The notes under the pieces: model-generated
Seen by the model: the letters and a program-made list of their open reading frames with translations, nothing else
Database searches by the model: none
What the model was told of the DNA's origin: nothing
Translations under genes and position numbers: made by a program
Assembly (NCBI GenBank): GCA_028871235.1
Contig: JAGWNO010000001.1
Span: forward strand, 1 to 43,018
Direction of reading: 5' to 3'
Length of the DNA: 43,018 nt
Source of the DNA: Gammaproteobacteria bacterium
GTDB taxonomy: Bacteria > Pseudomonadota > Gammaproteobacteria > Natronospirales > REEB76
In this document: one piece after another, positions 20,399 to 30,708 of the stretch
Position numbering within the stretch: position 1 is the stretch's first letter
Layout: each line of letters opens with the position of its first letter

Positions 20399-20405
20399 GC
20401 CGGGA

Positions 20406-21335
20406 TTATAGCCCGTGGACTTTGGTGCTCCGGTTGTTTGCACGGCGGGAACGCCATGGCAGGGTCAGCATGGCCAATGCCAGCAGCACCAGCAGCATCC
20501 CGGCGATTTCGTGCGGCGGCGGCCGTTCGCCCAGTTGCAGCGCTGCCGCCAGCACGCCTACCACCGGCGTGGCGAGTGATGCGAGACCGCTCACCGCCAC
20601 CGGCAGCCGGCCCACCACGAACAGCCACAGCAGCCAGGCGAGTGCGTTGGCCGGCAGGATGTTATAGGCGAGCGCGCCTATGTAGGCGGGCGTCCACACC
20701 ACCGCATGGCCCGGAAACAGCCAGGCCACCGCCAGCAGCGGCACGGCGCCGAGCACCATCTGCCAACCGGTGAGTGACAGGAGGTCCCAGGAATCGCTTA
20801 CCGGGATTTTCTTGGCCACCAGCACCGACAATGCCCAGCACAGTCCCGCCGTCAACGCCAGCAGGCTGCTGACCGTATCCGGTGCCGCGTGCCACGGGGA
20901 CAGGATGAGTAACAGGCCGACAAGGGCCAGCACCAGCGCAGACCATTGCGCACCGTGGATGCGTTCCTTGAGTGTGAGTGGCGCCAGCAGGATCACCCAC
21001 AGGGGCATGGTGTACACCAGCACCGCGCTCTTGCCGGCGCCGCCGTGCACCAGCGACCAAGTGGTGAAACCGATGAACAGCGTGGTCTGCAGCAGTCCCA
21101 GCAGCAACACGCGCCAGAAATGCCGCGGCCGGAACCGCCGGCCGAACAGGAACAGCACGGCCAGCAGGCACAGGCCGCCACCAAGAGTGCGCGACCAGGC
21201 GAAGGTGAGCGGTGCGGCGTAGTGCAGCGCCACTTTCATCACCACCCAGTTGTAACCCCACACCAGCGTCAGTACGCCGAGAGCCGAAAGCGCGTAGCGA
21301 TCGATGCCATGATCTCCAGCTGTGTTTTTATTCAT
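20406..21335 (-). CDS. EamA/DMT-family transporter
   Basis: 309 aa with about 10 TM segments arranged as two EamA repeats. The start codon shares 1 nt with the nudC stop. Confidence 0.85.
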   Translation of the reverse strand: MNKNTAGDHGIDRYALSALGVLTLVWGYNWVVMKVALHYAAPLTFAWSRTLGGGLCLLAVLFLFGRRFRPRHFWRVLLLGLLQTTLFIGFTTWSLVHGGAGKSAVLVYTMPLWVILLAPLTLKERIHGAQWSALVLALVGLLLILSPWHAAPDTVSSLLALTAGLCWALSVLVAKKIPVSDSWDLLSLTGWQMVLGAVPLLAVAWLFPGHAVVWTPAYIGALAYNILPANALAWLLWLFVVGRLPVAVSGLASLATPVVGVLAAALQLGERPPPHEIAGMLLVLLALAMLTLPWRSRRANNRSTKVHGL

Positions 21336-22303
21336 CAGTGATTTTTTGACCCCCCGGCTTGCTGGTAACGATCAAGTGAATATTCTCCGGTCTCCTCAAA
21401 CCAGGTTTGTACCAACCTGTATGAGATGGAGCGCTGCGTCGGCAGCAGCAGGCTGCCATTCCCGATTCCCATGACGATGTCCGCGCGCGAGAACCAGCGG
21501 GCGTCGGTGAGTTCAGCATCGTTACAGCGGATATCGGTGTTCTCCGCCTGCGCCCGGAAGCCGAGCATCAGCGAGGCCGGGTACGGCCAGGGTTGCGACG
21601 CGGTGTAATGCATGGAGGCGACACGGATGTTGGTCTCTTCCTGCACCTCGCGCCGCACCGTGGCTTCCGGACTTTCGCCCGCTTCGACGAAGCCGGCGAT
21701 GGTGGAATAGCGTTTCTCCGGCCAGTCCGATTGGCGCCCCAGCAGGCAACGGTCTGCATGCGTGACCAGCACGATGATGGCGGGATTGACGCGCGGATAG
21801 AGGATGTTGCCGCAGCGGGTGCAATGCAACTCATGACCGGCGCTGCGGCTTGCAGTCACTGCACCGCATTTTCCGCAGAAGCGGTTGTGCAGATGCCAGT
21901 GCACCATGACGCGGGCGTAGCCGAGCAGCGCCAGGGTGCCGTGATCGAGCAAGGTGAACTGTGGTCGCAGACTGGTGAGCACGGTATCCGCCGCAGGCAA
22001 GACGGTTGCGGGCGGCAGACCCAGGGCGAAACAAGGGTGCTCGCCGCAAGTGCCGAGCAGCACGCTGCAATGAGCCTGTGGGAGCAACTGGCGGGCGGTG
22101 CCGCTGTCCAGCAACAACGGTGCAAAGTCATGCGCCAGCAGCACATTGTCTTCGCCGCACACCGGCACGAAGCGTGTCGCGGGTGAAGTCAGCGCATGTT
22201 GCAGCCAGGCGGTATCGCTGCGGCGCGAACTCAGCCGGGCGCAGGGGTCGCCGGCGAACACGAAAGGAATATCGTCACGGTCCGTCATTGGCGTGGCTGA
22301 CAA
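21335..22303 (-). CDS. nudC: NAD+ diphosphatase / NAD-cap decapping Nudix hydrolase NudC
   Basis: 322 aa with a zinc ribbon (CGKCG...CTRCGN), a Nudix box (GFVEAGESPEATVRREVQEETNI), and the NudC-type SQPWPYPASLM motif. Confidence 0.9.
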   Translation of the reverse strand: MSATPMTDRDDIPFVFAGDPCARLSSRRSDTAWLQHALTSPATRFVPVCGEDNVLLAHDFAPLLLDSGTARQLLPQAHCSVLLGTCGEHPCFALGLPPATVLPAADTVLTSLRPQFTLLDHGTLALLGYARVMVHWHLHNRFCGKCGAVTASRSAGHELHCTRCGNILYPRVNPAIIVLVTHADRCLLGRQSDWPEKRYSTIAGFVEAGESPEATVRREVQEETNIRVASMHYTASQPWPYPASLMLGFRAQAENTDIRCNDAELTDARWFSRADIVMGIGNGSLLLPTQRSISYRLVQTWFEETGEYSLDRYQQAGGSKNH

Positions 22304-22334
22304 TGCGCTAACGCGTCATTATCACACACACCGT

Positions 22335-22754
22335 TCAGGCGGGCGTGAAGGATCTGCCCAGGAGTTTCGTCAGCAGGTCTTTCAGCTTGCTGATCTCGGC
22401 GCTGTAGTAGGGTTTGGCCGGCAGTTTGCCCCACACTGGCGCCGGCCAGGCAGGATCGTACTGGTAACGCACGATGTGATGCACATGCAACTGCGGCACC
22501 ACGTTGCCTAGGACGGCGATGTTGAGCTTGTAGGGTTGCAGTCCCTTGTTCAGGGCCCGCGCCAGCAGCGTGGATTCTTCCAGGAACTGCAGACTGTCGG
22601 TGTCGCTGAGCTCATGCAGTTCGCGGAGGTTCTCCCGTTCCGGCACCAGGATGAACCAGGGATAGTTGCTGTCGTTCATGAGCAGCAGCTGGCACAGCCG
22701 CAAGCGGCCGAGCAGCACGGTATCCTTGGCGAGCTGCGGGTCCAGCGAGAACAT
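22335..22754 (-). CDS. HIT-family nucleotide hydrolase/transferase
   Basis: 139 aa from MFSLDPQLAK, with histidine-triad region VPQLHVHHIV. The upstream part of the 286-aa track ORF overlaps cfa in another frame and is spurious. Confidence 0.85.
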   Translation of the reverse strand: MFSLDPQLAKDTVLLGRLRLCQLLLMNDSNYPWFILVPERENLRELHELSDTDSLQFLEESTLLARALNKGLQPYKLNIAVLGNVVPQLHVHHIVRYQYDPAWPAPVWGKLPAKPYYSAEISKLKDLLTKLLGRSFTPA

Positions 22755-22761
22755 GCCGGAC

Positions 22762-23880
22762 TCAGCGCGGCGCCTGGTAGCCGCCAGCCACGCCGCGAGG
22801 CGAGAACACGATCTGCCAGAGCTGGTTCTTGCGGGCACGGAAGGAAGCCGCGCTGGCGCTGAGATAGTAACGCCACATGCGGTAAAACACCTGACTGTAC
22901 TGGTGCTTGAGTCTGTCCCAGTTATTTTCGAAGTTGCGCCGCCAGGCCAGCAAGGTGCTGTCGTAGTGGACGCTGAAGTTGTGCCAGTCCTCCATGACGA
23001 ACACTTCCTCGGTAGCCGTGGCGATCTGTTTGATTGAAGGCAGCATGCTGTTGGGGAAGATGTAACGGGTGATCCACGGGTCCGTATCATGTACCGACTC
23101 GTTGCTGCCGATGCTGTGCAGCAGGAACAGGCCATCTTCCTTGAGGCAGCGCCGTACCACGCGCATGTAGGTGCGGTAGTTTTTGACGCCCACATGCTCG
23201 AACATGCCGATGGAGAATATGCGGTCGAACTTCTGGTCCAGTTGGCGGTAATCTTGCATCTGGATCTCGATGGGCAGGTCCCTGCACAGCGCGCGTGCGT
23301 AATCCGCCTGTTGCGTGGAGACGGTGATGCCCACGCCGTGGATGCCGTAACGCTCGGCGGCCAGCCTGAGCGCCACGCCCCAGCCGCAGCCGATGTCCAG
23401 CACCCGCATGCCGGGCTTGAGACCGAGCTTGCGGAACACCAGCTCCAGCTTGGCTTCCTGGGCGGTATCCAGGTCGGCGGCGTCCCGCCAGTAGCCGCAG
23501 CTGTACACCAGCTGCTTGCCGAGCATGCAGGTATACAAATCGTTGCCCATGTCGTAGTGATGCCGGCCGATCTGGAACGCGCGCGAACTTTTCTGCAGAT
23601 TGAAGAGACGTGCCTTGAGTGCGCTTAACGCCAACCCCAGGGTCATGGCCCGTTTCTCCAGGTCCGCCCGCAGCAACCGGTAGATGAAGCCATCCAGGTC
23701 CTGCGCGTCCCAGCAGCCTTGCATATAGGACTCGCCGAGGCCGAGGGAACCGCCAGTCAGCACCCGCCGGTAGAAATCCGCATCATGTACCTGGATATCC
23801 CAGGGACGGGTGCCATCGATATGGATGTCGGCACTGTCCAGCAGTGCTGCTACCCGACGCTGAAAACGCGTCTGTGCCAT
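22762..23880 (-). CDS. cfa: Cyclopropane-fatty-acyl-phospholipid synthase
   Basis: 372 aa from MAQTRFQRRV. It has HYDMGNDLY, the SAM-binding motif VLDIGCGWG, and FEHVG. These are typical Cfa/mycolic-acid cyclopropane synthase family motifs. Confidence 0.9.
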   Translation of the reverse strand: MAQTRFQRRVAALLDSADIHIDGTRPWDIQVHDADFYRRVLTGGSLGLGESYMQGCWDAQDLDGFIYRLLRADLEKRAMTLGLALSALKARLFNLQKSSRAFQIGRHHYDMGNDLYTCMLGKQLVYSCGYWRDAADLDTAQEAKLELVFRKLGLKPGMRVLDIGCGWGVALRLAAERYGIHGVGITVSTQQADYARALCRDLPIEIQMQDYRQLDQKFDRIFSIGMFEHVGVKNYRTYMRVVRRCLKEDGLFLLHSIGSNESVHDTDPWITRYIFPNSMLPSIKQIATATEEVFVMEDWHNFSVHYDSTLLAWRRNFENNWDRLKHQYSQVFYRMWRYYLSASAASFRARKNQLWQIVFSPRGVAGGYQAPR

Positions 23881-23900
23881 AACCACACCCTTGCGATCCC

Positions 23901-24062
23901 TCAGTCGAACAGTGCCCGGCCGATGCGCCAGCCTGCATATACGCCCGCGAACGTGCCGATGCTGGACAACAGCCAGGCGTAGGCGGTGCCGGCATATGCA
24001 CCCAGCCACCAGCCGGCACTGCTCAAAATGGTAACTGCCAGAAACATGATGATTTTCTTCAT
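23901..24062 (-). CDS. Small hydrophobic protein (53 aa, two predicted TM helices, glycine-zipper-like); below the ORF-track size cutoff
   Basis: My own translation: MKKIIMFLAVTILSSAGWWLGAYAGTAYAWLLSSIGTFAGVYAGWRIGRALFD*. It has a Lys-rich N-terminus, then two hydrophobic stretches rich in small residues. It is co-directional with cfa and 20 nt upstream of it. There is no convincing Shine-Dalgarno. Confidence 0.4.
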   Translation of the reverse strand: MKKIIMFLAVTILSSAGWWLGAYAGTAYAWLLSSIGTFAGVYAGWRIGRALFD

Positions 24063-24127
24063 GCACGGATTACCGGGGCGTCCGTACCCATGGCTTTATC
24101 TGTTGCCGCCGCGCATCCCATAAGTGA

Positions 24128-24523
24128 TCAGACGTCCGGCAGCAAACGCGCGATATTGAGGGCCGCCAGCACCGTGATTACCAGCCAGGTGAGTGCCGTA
24201 CCGGTGAAGCGTCCGAAAGAGATTCCGGTGGAATGGGACAGACCCCAGGCATGCAGCAGGCGGGCGGCAACCAGCACGCTGCCGGCCGTGTACAGCAGCC
24301 AGTGAGCACCCGCATTCAGCTCCAGGCACAGCAACAGCAGCAAGGCGATGGGGATGTATTCCACGGCGTTGCCATGGGCGCGGATGGCGCACCGCAAGGC
24401 TGCGTTGCCGCCACTGCCGCTGCCGATCTGTTCGCGCCGGCGGATGCGGGTGATGCGGAAGGCCAACAGGAAGATGAGCAGGCCGAGCAATGCAGCATAC
24501 AAGGATGTGATCGGTGCCAGCAT
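24128..24523 (-). CDS. MAPEG-family membrane protein (glutathione-transferase-like)
   Basis: 131 aa from MLAPITSLYAALLG. Motifs FRITRIRRR...RAHGNAVEYIPIALLLL are typical of bacterial MAPEG proteins. Confidence 0.8.
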   Translation of the reverse strand: MLAPITSLYAALLGLLIFLLAFRITRIRRREQIGSGSGGNAALRCAIRAHGNAVEYIPIALLLLLCLELNAGAHWLLYTAGSVLVAARLLHAWGLSHSTGISFGRFTGTALTWLVITVLAALNIARLLPDV

Positions 24524-24563
24524 GATTGTTCCCCAGTGCATGGGTAAAAACCCAGCTGCGTGG

Positions 24564-25106
24564 TCAGCTGTCCATGAACGCCCAGTGCCACGGCTCGTAG
24601 CTGATGCCGTGGGGATTGCCGCGTGGATAGGACAGGTGGAATCCGAAACCGCCGGCATGCGCTTGCAACCAGGCGAAGGCGGCAGTGGTCTCGAATTGCT
24701 GTTCCAGCGGCGGGCAATCCGGCGAGGTGAGATCCAGCGCGCGGCCGGTATGGTGTTCGCTATAGCCGGGTGCGGCGATGACTTTGAGGATGTCATCCAG
24801 GGGTTGACCGGTTGCCAGCTTGCGGATGATCAGATCCCGTTGGTAGGCCACGCTGCGGAAAGCGGACACCACCAGCAAGCTGATACCGTGCTGCCGTGCC
24901 TGTGCATACAGGCGTTGCCAGTGGTGCGCGGCCCGCGGTGCCAGCTGGCGTTCGCGGTTGTTGATGTCCGGACCGATGTCGACCAGCTCCGCTGCTTCTT
25001 CACACACGGGCAGGCCGCGGTCAGCTGCATATGCGGCGGGGATACCCAGCTCGCGGTGGATGGCGGCGATGCCCAGCAGATAATTTGCGGGCTCGGGACG
25101 GCGCAT
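24564..25106 (-). CDS. M15-family D-alanyl-D-alanine carboxypeptidase (VanY-like), no signal peptide
   Basis: 180 aa from MRRPEPANY. Motifs: SAFRSVAYQ, PGYSEHHTGRALD (Zn ligands H..D) and EPWHW. The start lies 16 nt after the PEBP stop. The longer track ORF overlaps the PEBP gene in another frame. Confidence 0.8.
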   Translation of the reverse strand: MRRPEPANYLLGIAAIHRELGIPAAYAADRGLPVCEEAAELVDIGPDINNRERQLAPRAAHHWQRLYAQARQHGISLLVVSAFRSVAYQRDLIIRKLATGQPLDDILKVIAAPGYSEHHTGRALDLTSPDCPPLEQQFETTAAFAWLQAHAGGFGFHLSYPRGNPHGISYEPWHWAFMDS

Positions 25107-25122
25107 GGCGGCGGGATCCAAT

Positions 25123-25707
25123 TCAACCTCCCTGGTCGGCGCGTTTCTGATAGGTGCCAACGAGTTCCGCTTCAGCGAGGATGTGGCCGTGCATGACGGC
25201 TTCCAGTACTGCCTTGGTGGGCGCATGCAGATCCGGCAGCACCACATCGAGCGCATAGAGTTTGTGCACGTAGCGGTGGCGGCCGATGGGTGGGCAGGGC
25301 CCGCCGTAGACCGCGCGCTGCCAATCGTTGCTGCCGGTACGCGCGCCCGTCGGCAGATGCGTCGCCGCGCCTGGCGGCAGCGAATCCACGCTGGCGGGAA
25401 TGTCATACAGTACCCAGTGCACCCAGGTGGTCTGGGGCGCCGCCGGATCCGGCGCATCCGGATCATCGATGATCAGCACGAAGCTTTTTGTGCCGGCGGG
25501 GACGCCGGACCAGGCCAATGGCGGCGAAATGTTGCTGCCCGCACAGGTGAAGCGTGTCGACATGGCGCCGCCGTTCACGTAGGCCGGGGAAGTCAGGCGG
25601 AAAACCGGCGTCGGGTCAGCACCCATGCCGGCCGCGGGCACAACGGCCAGCAACATTGGCAGCAGTGTGCGCAGGCTGCGAACATGGCGGACTATGTTCA
25701 TGTCCAT
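25123..25707 (-). CDS. Periplasmic YbhB/YbcL-family PEBP (Raf-kinase-inhibitor-like) protein
   Basis: 194 aa with a signal peptide (LRTLLPMLLAVVPAAGMGA). Motifs: DDPDAP, HWVLYDIP and GPCPPIGRHRYVHKLYALD. Confidence 0.85.
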   Translation of the reverse strand: MDMNIVRHVRSLRTLLPMLLAVVPAAGMGADPTPVFRLTSPAYVNGGAMSTRFTCAGSNISPPLAWSGVPAGTKSFVLIIDDPDAPDPAAPQTTWVHWVLYDIPASVDSLPPGAATHLPTGARTGSNDWQRAVYGGPCPPIGRHRYVHKLYALDVVLPDLHAPTKAVLEAVMHGHILAEAELVGTYQKRADQGG

Positions 25708-25916
25708 GGTTCCGCTTCCTTGAGCCGGGTACGTAATTCCATCTCGCTAAGCGCAGCGATCTCGCTTTCCGCCAGCAGGCGGTTGTCCGCCGCCAAAGCG
25801 CTCTGATACAGCTCGAAACTGCCGAGACGCGAGAACAACATGATCATGCTGCCGTAGGAGGCTTCAATTACATCCGCCTGCCAGGTGCACCCATCACCGT
25901 CGCTGAAGCTGCGCAT
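25698..25916 (-). CDS. Hypothetical 72-aa protein
   Basis: Its composition is non-repetitive and protein-like, unlike the Arg/Ala/Gly-rich spurious frames. Its TGA is embedded in the second Met codon of the PEBP gene (ATGGACATGA), which suggests translational coupling. I recognise no family. Confidence 0.5.
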   Translation of the reverse strand: MRSFSDGDGCTWQADVIEASYGSMIMLFSRLGSFELYQSALAADNRLLAESEIAALSEMELRTRLKEAEPWT

Positions 25917-25956
25917 GCGGATAGTATAGGCCAGCGCCTGCCGGCCGCGCGCCGCG

Positions 25957-26532
25957 CTACTCGAGGAAGATCATTTTCCTCCACACATGCCGGCCGCTGA
26001 GGGCATGCAGCAGCACCGCGCCCACGTGCAACGCCAGGTAAGCCGGTATCAATACCTGGCCGATCTGATGGGCTTCCTGGAGGCTGTGCTGCCAACCTGT
26101 GAGCTTCACGCCGGGCGTGATGAGAATACTGAGCGACGTACCGCTGCAGCCGATCCAGACGAATGCCAGCAGACCCAGGGTCTGCACCAGGCCGGCGAAG
26201 CCTTCATGGCTTGCGCGATCGGGTATGCGCAAGCGCAGTAACATCTTGATGTCATCCATCACCAGCAGCCAACGCGCTTTAGTCCACGGAACCCAACTGC
26301 TGAAACGCGCATACACCGGACCGAAGATGCCGTAGAGCAGCCGCAACGCCAGGAAGGTGGTGAAAGTGAGGCCGATCACCATGTGCACCAGGTAGCCGGT
26401 ATGCCGTGCTTCATCATAATCACCGGCGACCGTAAGGCCGAGTAACCAGGCGGCGATTCCGAAAGTGGCAAGGCCCAGATGCAGGACGCGTGTAGTCACA
26501 TCAATTTTCACTGCCGCCGCTTCCCCGCTCAT
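25957..26532 (-). CDS. Cytochrome b561 / Ni-Fe-hydrogenase-type b cytochrome family membrane protein
   Basis: 191 aa with 4 TM helices and conserved His residues (VLHLGLATF, LVHMVIGL, QEAHQIGQ, ALHVGAVLLHA). An AGGAG Shine-Dalgarno precedes the ATG. Confidence 0.8.
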   Translation of the reverse strand: MSGEAAAVKIDVTTRVLHLGLATFGIAAWLLGLTVAGDYDEARHTGYLVHMVIGLTFTTFLALRLLYGIFGPVYARFSSWVPWTKARWLLVMDDIKMLLRLRIPDRASHEGFAGLVQTLGLLAFVWIGCSGTSLSILITPGVKLTGWQHSLQEAHQIGQVLIPAYLALHVGAVLLHALSGRHVWRKMIFLE

Positions 26533-26561
26533 GACACGCTCCTGAGTGTGCCTGTGGATAA

Positions 26562-26590
26562 ATTATCATTGCGCGCTGGCCGGCCGTCAT
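26562..26590 (-). promoter_or_regulatory. Candidate sigma70 promoter for the cytochrome b gene (-35 ATGACG, 17 nt, -10 GATAAT)
   Basis: The minus strand reads ATGACG (26590-26585), a 17-nt spacer, then GATAAT (26567-26562). The -10 lies about 30 nt upstream of the ATG. It sits inside an A/T-rich palindrome GATAA-A-TTATC (26557-26567). Confidence 0.3.
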
Positions 26591-26742
26591 CACCCGTTGC
26601 GGCGCATTCCATTAAATTCCCGTCAGGCACAGGCGTGGAACTGGGGCGGACCCATCAGCACGCGCTGCCCGGGGTGTTTTCTCCAACTCCAGGTATTCCA
26701 AGACCTTACCGCCGCACGCCGTCGTGGCCGGCCATGATTGGG

Positions 26743-26943
26743 CTAACTCCGGCGCGGTCCGCGCAACACCCGGGCCGGCAGATGCAGGATGGCGCTCAGC
26801 AGGTCGAACACCGCGTCCATAGTGATGCCCACCAGCCTGAAGGGCAGCGATAACAACCAGATGAATGGATAAAGAACCAGGGCCAGCAGCGCCAGCGGCC
26901 AGCAGATTATCAGCAGGATGATCCAGACAGCCAATGTCAACAT
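26743..26943 (-). CDS. Hypothetical small membrane protein (66 aa, 2 TM)
   Basis: MLTLAVWIILLIICWPLALLALVLYPFIWLLSLPFRLVG... is strongly hydrophobic with a basic C-terminus. It is co-directional with its neighbours. No family recognised. Confidence 0.45.
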   Translation of the reverse strand: MLTLAVWIILLIICWPLALLALVLYPFIWLLSLPFRLVGITMDAVFDLLSAILHLPARVLRGPRRS

Positions 26944-27081
26944 GTGTATTTACCACTGACCACGTTCGTTGCGGCGGCGCTGCCTGCTTTGAAATGGCAC
27001 AATTGTGCCGGTTTTTTATTATCCGGCAACCAGGCCACCGGCCATGGCCGCGCGGAGCTGCATCAGCGGGCTAACGGCATT

Positions 27082-27516
27082 TCAGATAAGTTCATAGGCA
27101 ATCAATCCGCATATCGCCACCATGAAGCCAAGCGCCAGCAGGAAAGCCACGTCGGCGAACTGCTGCAAGCGGCGTCGGCGGGCCGGATTATGCGCTCTCA
27201 GGGCCAGATAGGCGAATAAACAGGCGGCCAGAAAACCAAGTGCGTCGATGGCGATCAGGTTATCGGCGATATGCCCATCCTGGCTTAAACGGTGTATGAC
27301 CCGGAACAGCCCGATGACCGTCAGACAGACCCCGACCAGGCCGGCGGAAACCGTAAAAATGTGTACGCACAATTCCAACCGTATGGCGGTGTTGCCGCCG
27401 GCGTAGTCATGAACAGGCGCATGCTGTAGGGACTGTTCCTGGGTTCGGCGCACCATGTCTTGTTCCAGCCTGCTGAATTCGAAAATCGTTTTCCCATGAC
27501 CATAATCAAGACGCAC
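27082..27516 (-). CDS. Hypothetical membrane protein (soluble N-terminus plus 3 TM)
   Basis: 144 aa with TM segments LCVHIFTVSAGLVGVCLTVIGLF, AIDALGFLAACLFAYLAL and VAFLLALGFMVAICGLIAY. It is divergent from uvrD. No family recognised. Confidence 0.55.
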   Translation of the reverse strand: MRLDYGHGKTIFEFSRLEQDMVRRTQEQSLQHAPVHDYAGGNTAIRLELCVHIFTVSAGLVGVCLTVIGLFRVIHRLSQDGHIADNLIAIDALGFLAACLFAYLALRAHNPARRRRLQQFADVAFLLALGFMVAICGLIAYELI

Positions 27517-27615
27517 CTGGGCGGCTTGCGGTAATGGTGTTGCTTAGACACCGTCCTCGAGGAATGTTCCCGGCTGCGGAGTCCGGCCGGTGCAAACAGG
27601 AGGTGAATCGGTCTC

Positions 27616-27624
27616 TGTTAGAAT
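27616..27624 (+). promoter_or_regulatory. Extended -10 element TGtTAGAAT immediately upstream of the uvrD ATG
   Basis: TG at 27616-27617 and TAGAAT at 27619-27624. The ATG at 27631 lies 7 nt downstream of the hexamer, where a transcription start would be expected. Confidence 0.3.
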
Positions 27625-27630
27625 TCCTGC

Positions 27631-29808
<2,178 letters not shown>

Positions 29809-29982
29809 ACCGGACGGGATGACGGAAGTCGGGCACACACAGCAGGCCATCGCGGCTTGCGAGCAGGGCATCAGCGCAGCCAGGCCGCGCGGCGGCCGTC
29901 AGACGCAAAAGGAAATGCGGGTTTCCGTGCAGTGCTTGCGCCGGCTGCAGAGCCCGAAGGGTGATTTAACGGAGAAGCAGCC

Positions 29983-30708
29983 ATGAATAAGGACGACAAC
30001 CGGCATCCACGCGAACGCAAAGTGTCCACGGACAGCGTACTCATCCGCGAATCATGGAAGATATTCCAGATCATGGCGGAGTTTGTGGAAGGCTTCGAGC
30101 GGTTAGCGTGCATCAAGCCTTCCGTAAGCATTTTCGGCTCCTCGCGCGTCCCGCCCGGGCATCCTTATTATGTATTGGCGGAACGCATCGGCCGGATCCT
30201 GTCCGATGCCGGCTTTTCCGTGGTCACCGGCGGCGGTCCCGGCAGCATGGAAGCGGCCAACAAGGGCGCCTATGCGGGCAAATCCCCGAGCATCGGTCTC
30301 AATATCCAGCTGCCTCACGAGCAGCAGCGCAACGCCTATCAGGACATCCCGCTGTCATTCCGGCATTTCTTCACCCGCAAGGTGATGTTCGTGAAATACG
30401 CCTCCGCCTACGTGGTCCTGCCGGGCGGCTTCGGCACGCTGGACGAGCTCGCCGAGATCCTCACGCTGGTGCAGACCAGGAAGACGCGCGCCATCCCCAT
30501 CCTGCTGGTGGGCAGCGAGTTCTGGCAAGGGCTGGTGGAATGGCTGCAGGCGCGGATGTTGACCGAAAGCATGATAGACGCCAAGGACCTTGCGCTGTTC
30601 AGGCTGGTGGACGGGCCGGAGGAAGTGGCGCAGGCCATATTCGACCATTACGGGCCGCGGGGTTTCGAGCCGTCACCCGAAGAACGCGAGGCGATGCTGG
30701 AGCTCTAG
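29983..30708 (+). CDS. LOG-family / TIGR00730 Rossmann-fold nucleotide-binding protein (nucleoside 5'-monophosphate phosphoribohydrolase-like)
   Basis: 241 aa with VVTGGGPGSMEAANKGA and the PGGFGTLDELAE motif. A GGAGAAG Shine-Dalgarno precedes the ATG. Confidence 0.9.
   Translation: MNKDDNRHPRERKVSTDSVLIRESWKIFQIMAEFVEGFERLACIKPSVSIFGSSRVPPGHPYYVLAERIGRILSDAGFSVVTGGGPGSMEAANKGAYAGKSPSIGLNIQLPHEQQRNAYQDIPLSFRHFFTRKVMFVKYASAYVVLPGGFGTLDELAEILTLVQTRKTRAIPILLVGSEFWQGLVEWLQARMLTESMIDAKDLALFRLVDGPEEVAQAIFDHYGPRGFEPSPEEREAMLEL

Noticed and set aside
22335-23195. 286-aa ORF extending the HIT gene upstream
   Set aside because: The HIT homology starts at MFSLDPQ (22754). The upstream 147 codons overlap the 3' part of cfa in another frame and are Ser/Thr/Arg/Cys-rich junk.
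26557-26570. Fur box upstream of the cytochrome b gene (GATAAATTATCATT)
   Set aside because: The half-sites are arranged 5-1-5 (GATAA-A-TTATC), not the 6-1-6 GATAAT-N-ATTATC core, and there is only one repeat unit. It is more simply explained as the A/T-rich -10 region (GATAAT) of the promoter.
26996-27011. Sigma54 promoter (TGGCAC-N5-TTGC) within the palindrome TGGCACAATTGTGCC
   Set aside because: The GG and GC dinucleotides are separated by 9 nt rather than the obligatory 10 on either strand. On the plus strand it would also point into the 3' end of a minus-strand gene.
27517-27630. LexA/SOS box upstream of uvrD
   Set aside because: The only CTGT (27615-27618) is followed after 8 nt by CTGC, not ACAG. 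No CTGT-N8-ACAG is present on either strand of the intergenic region.
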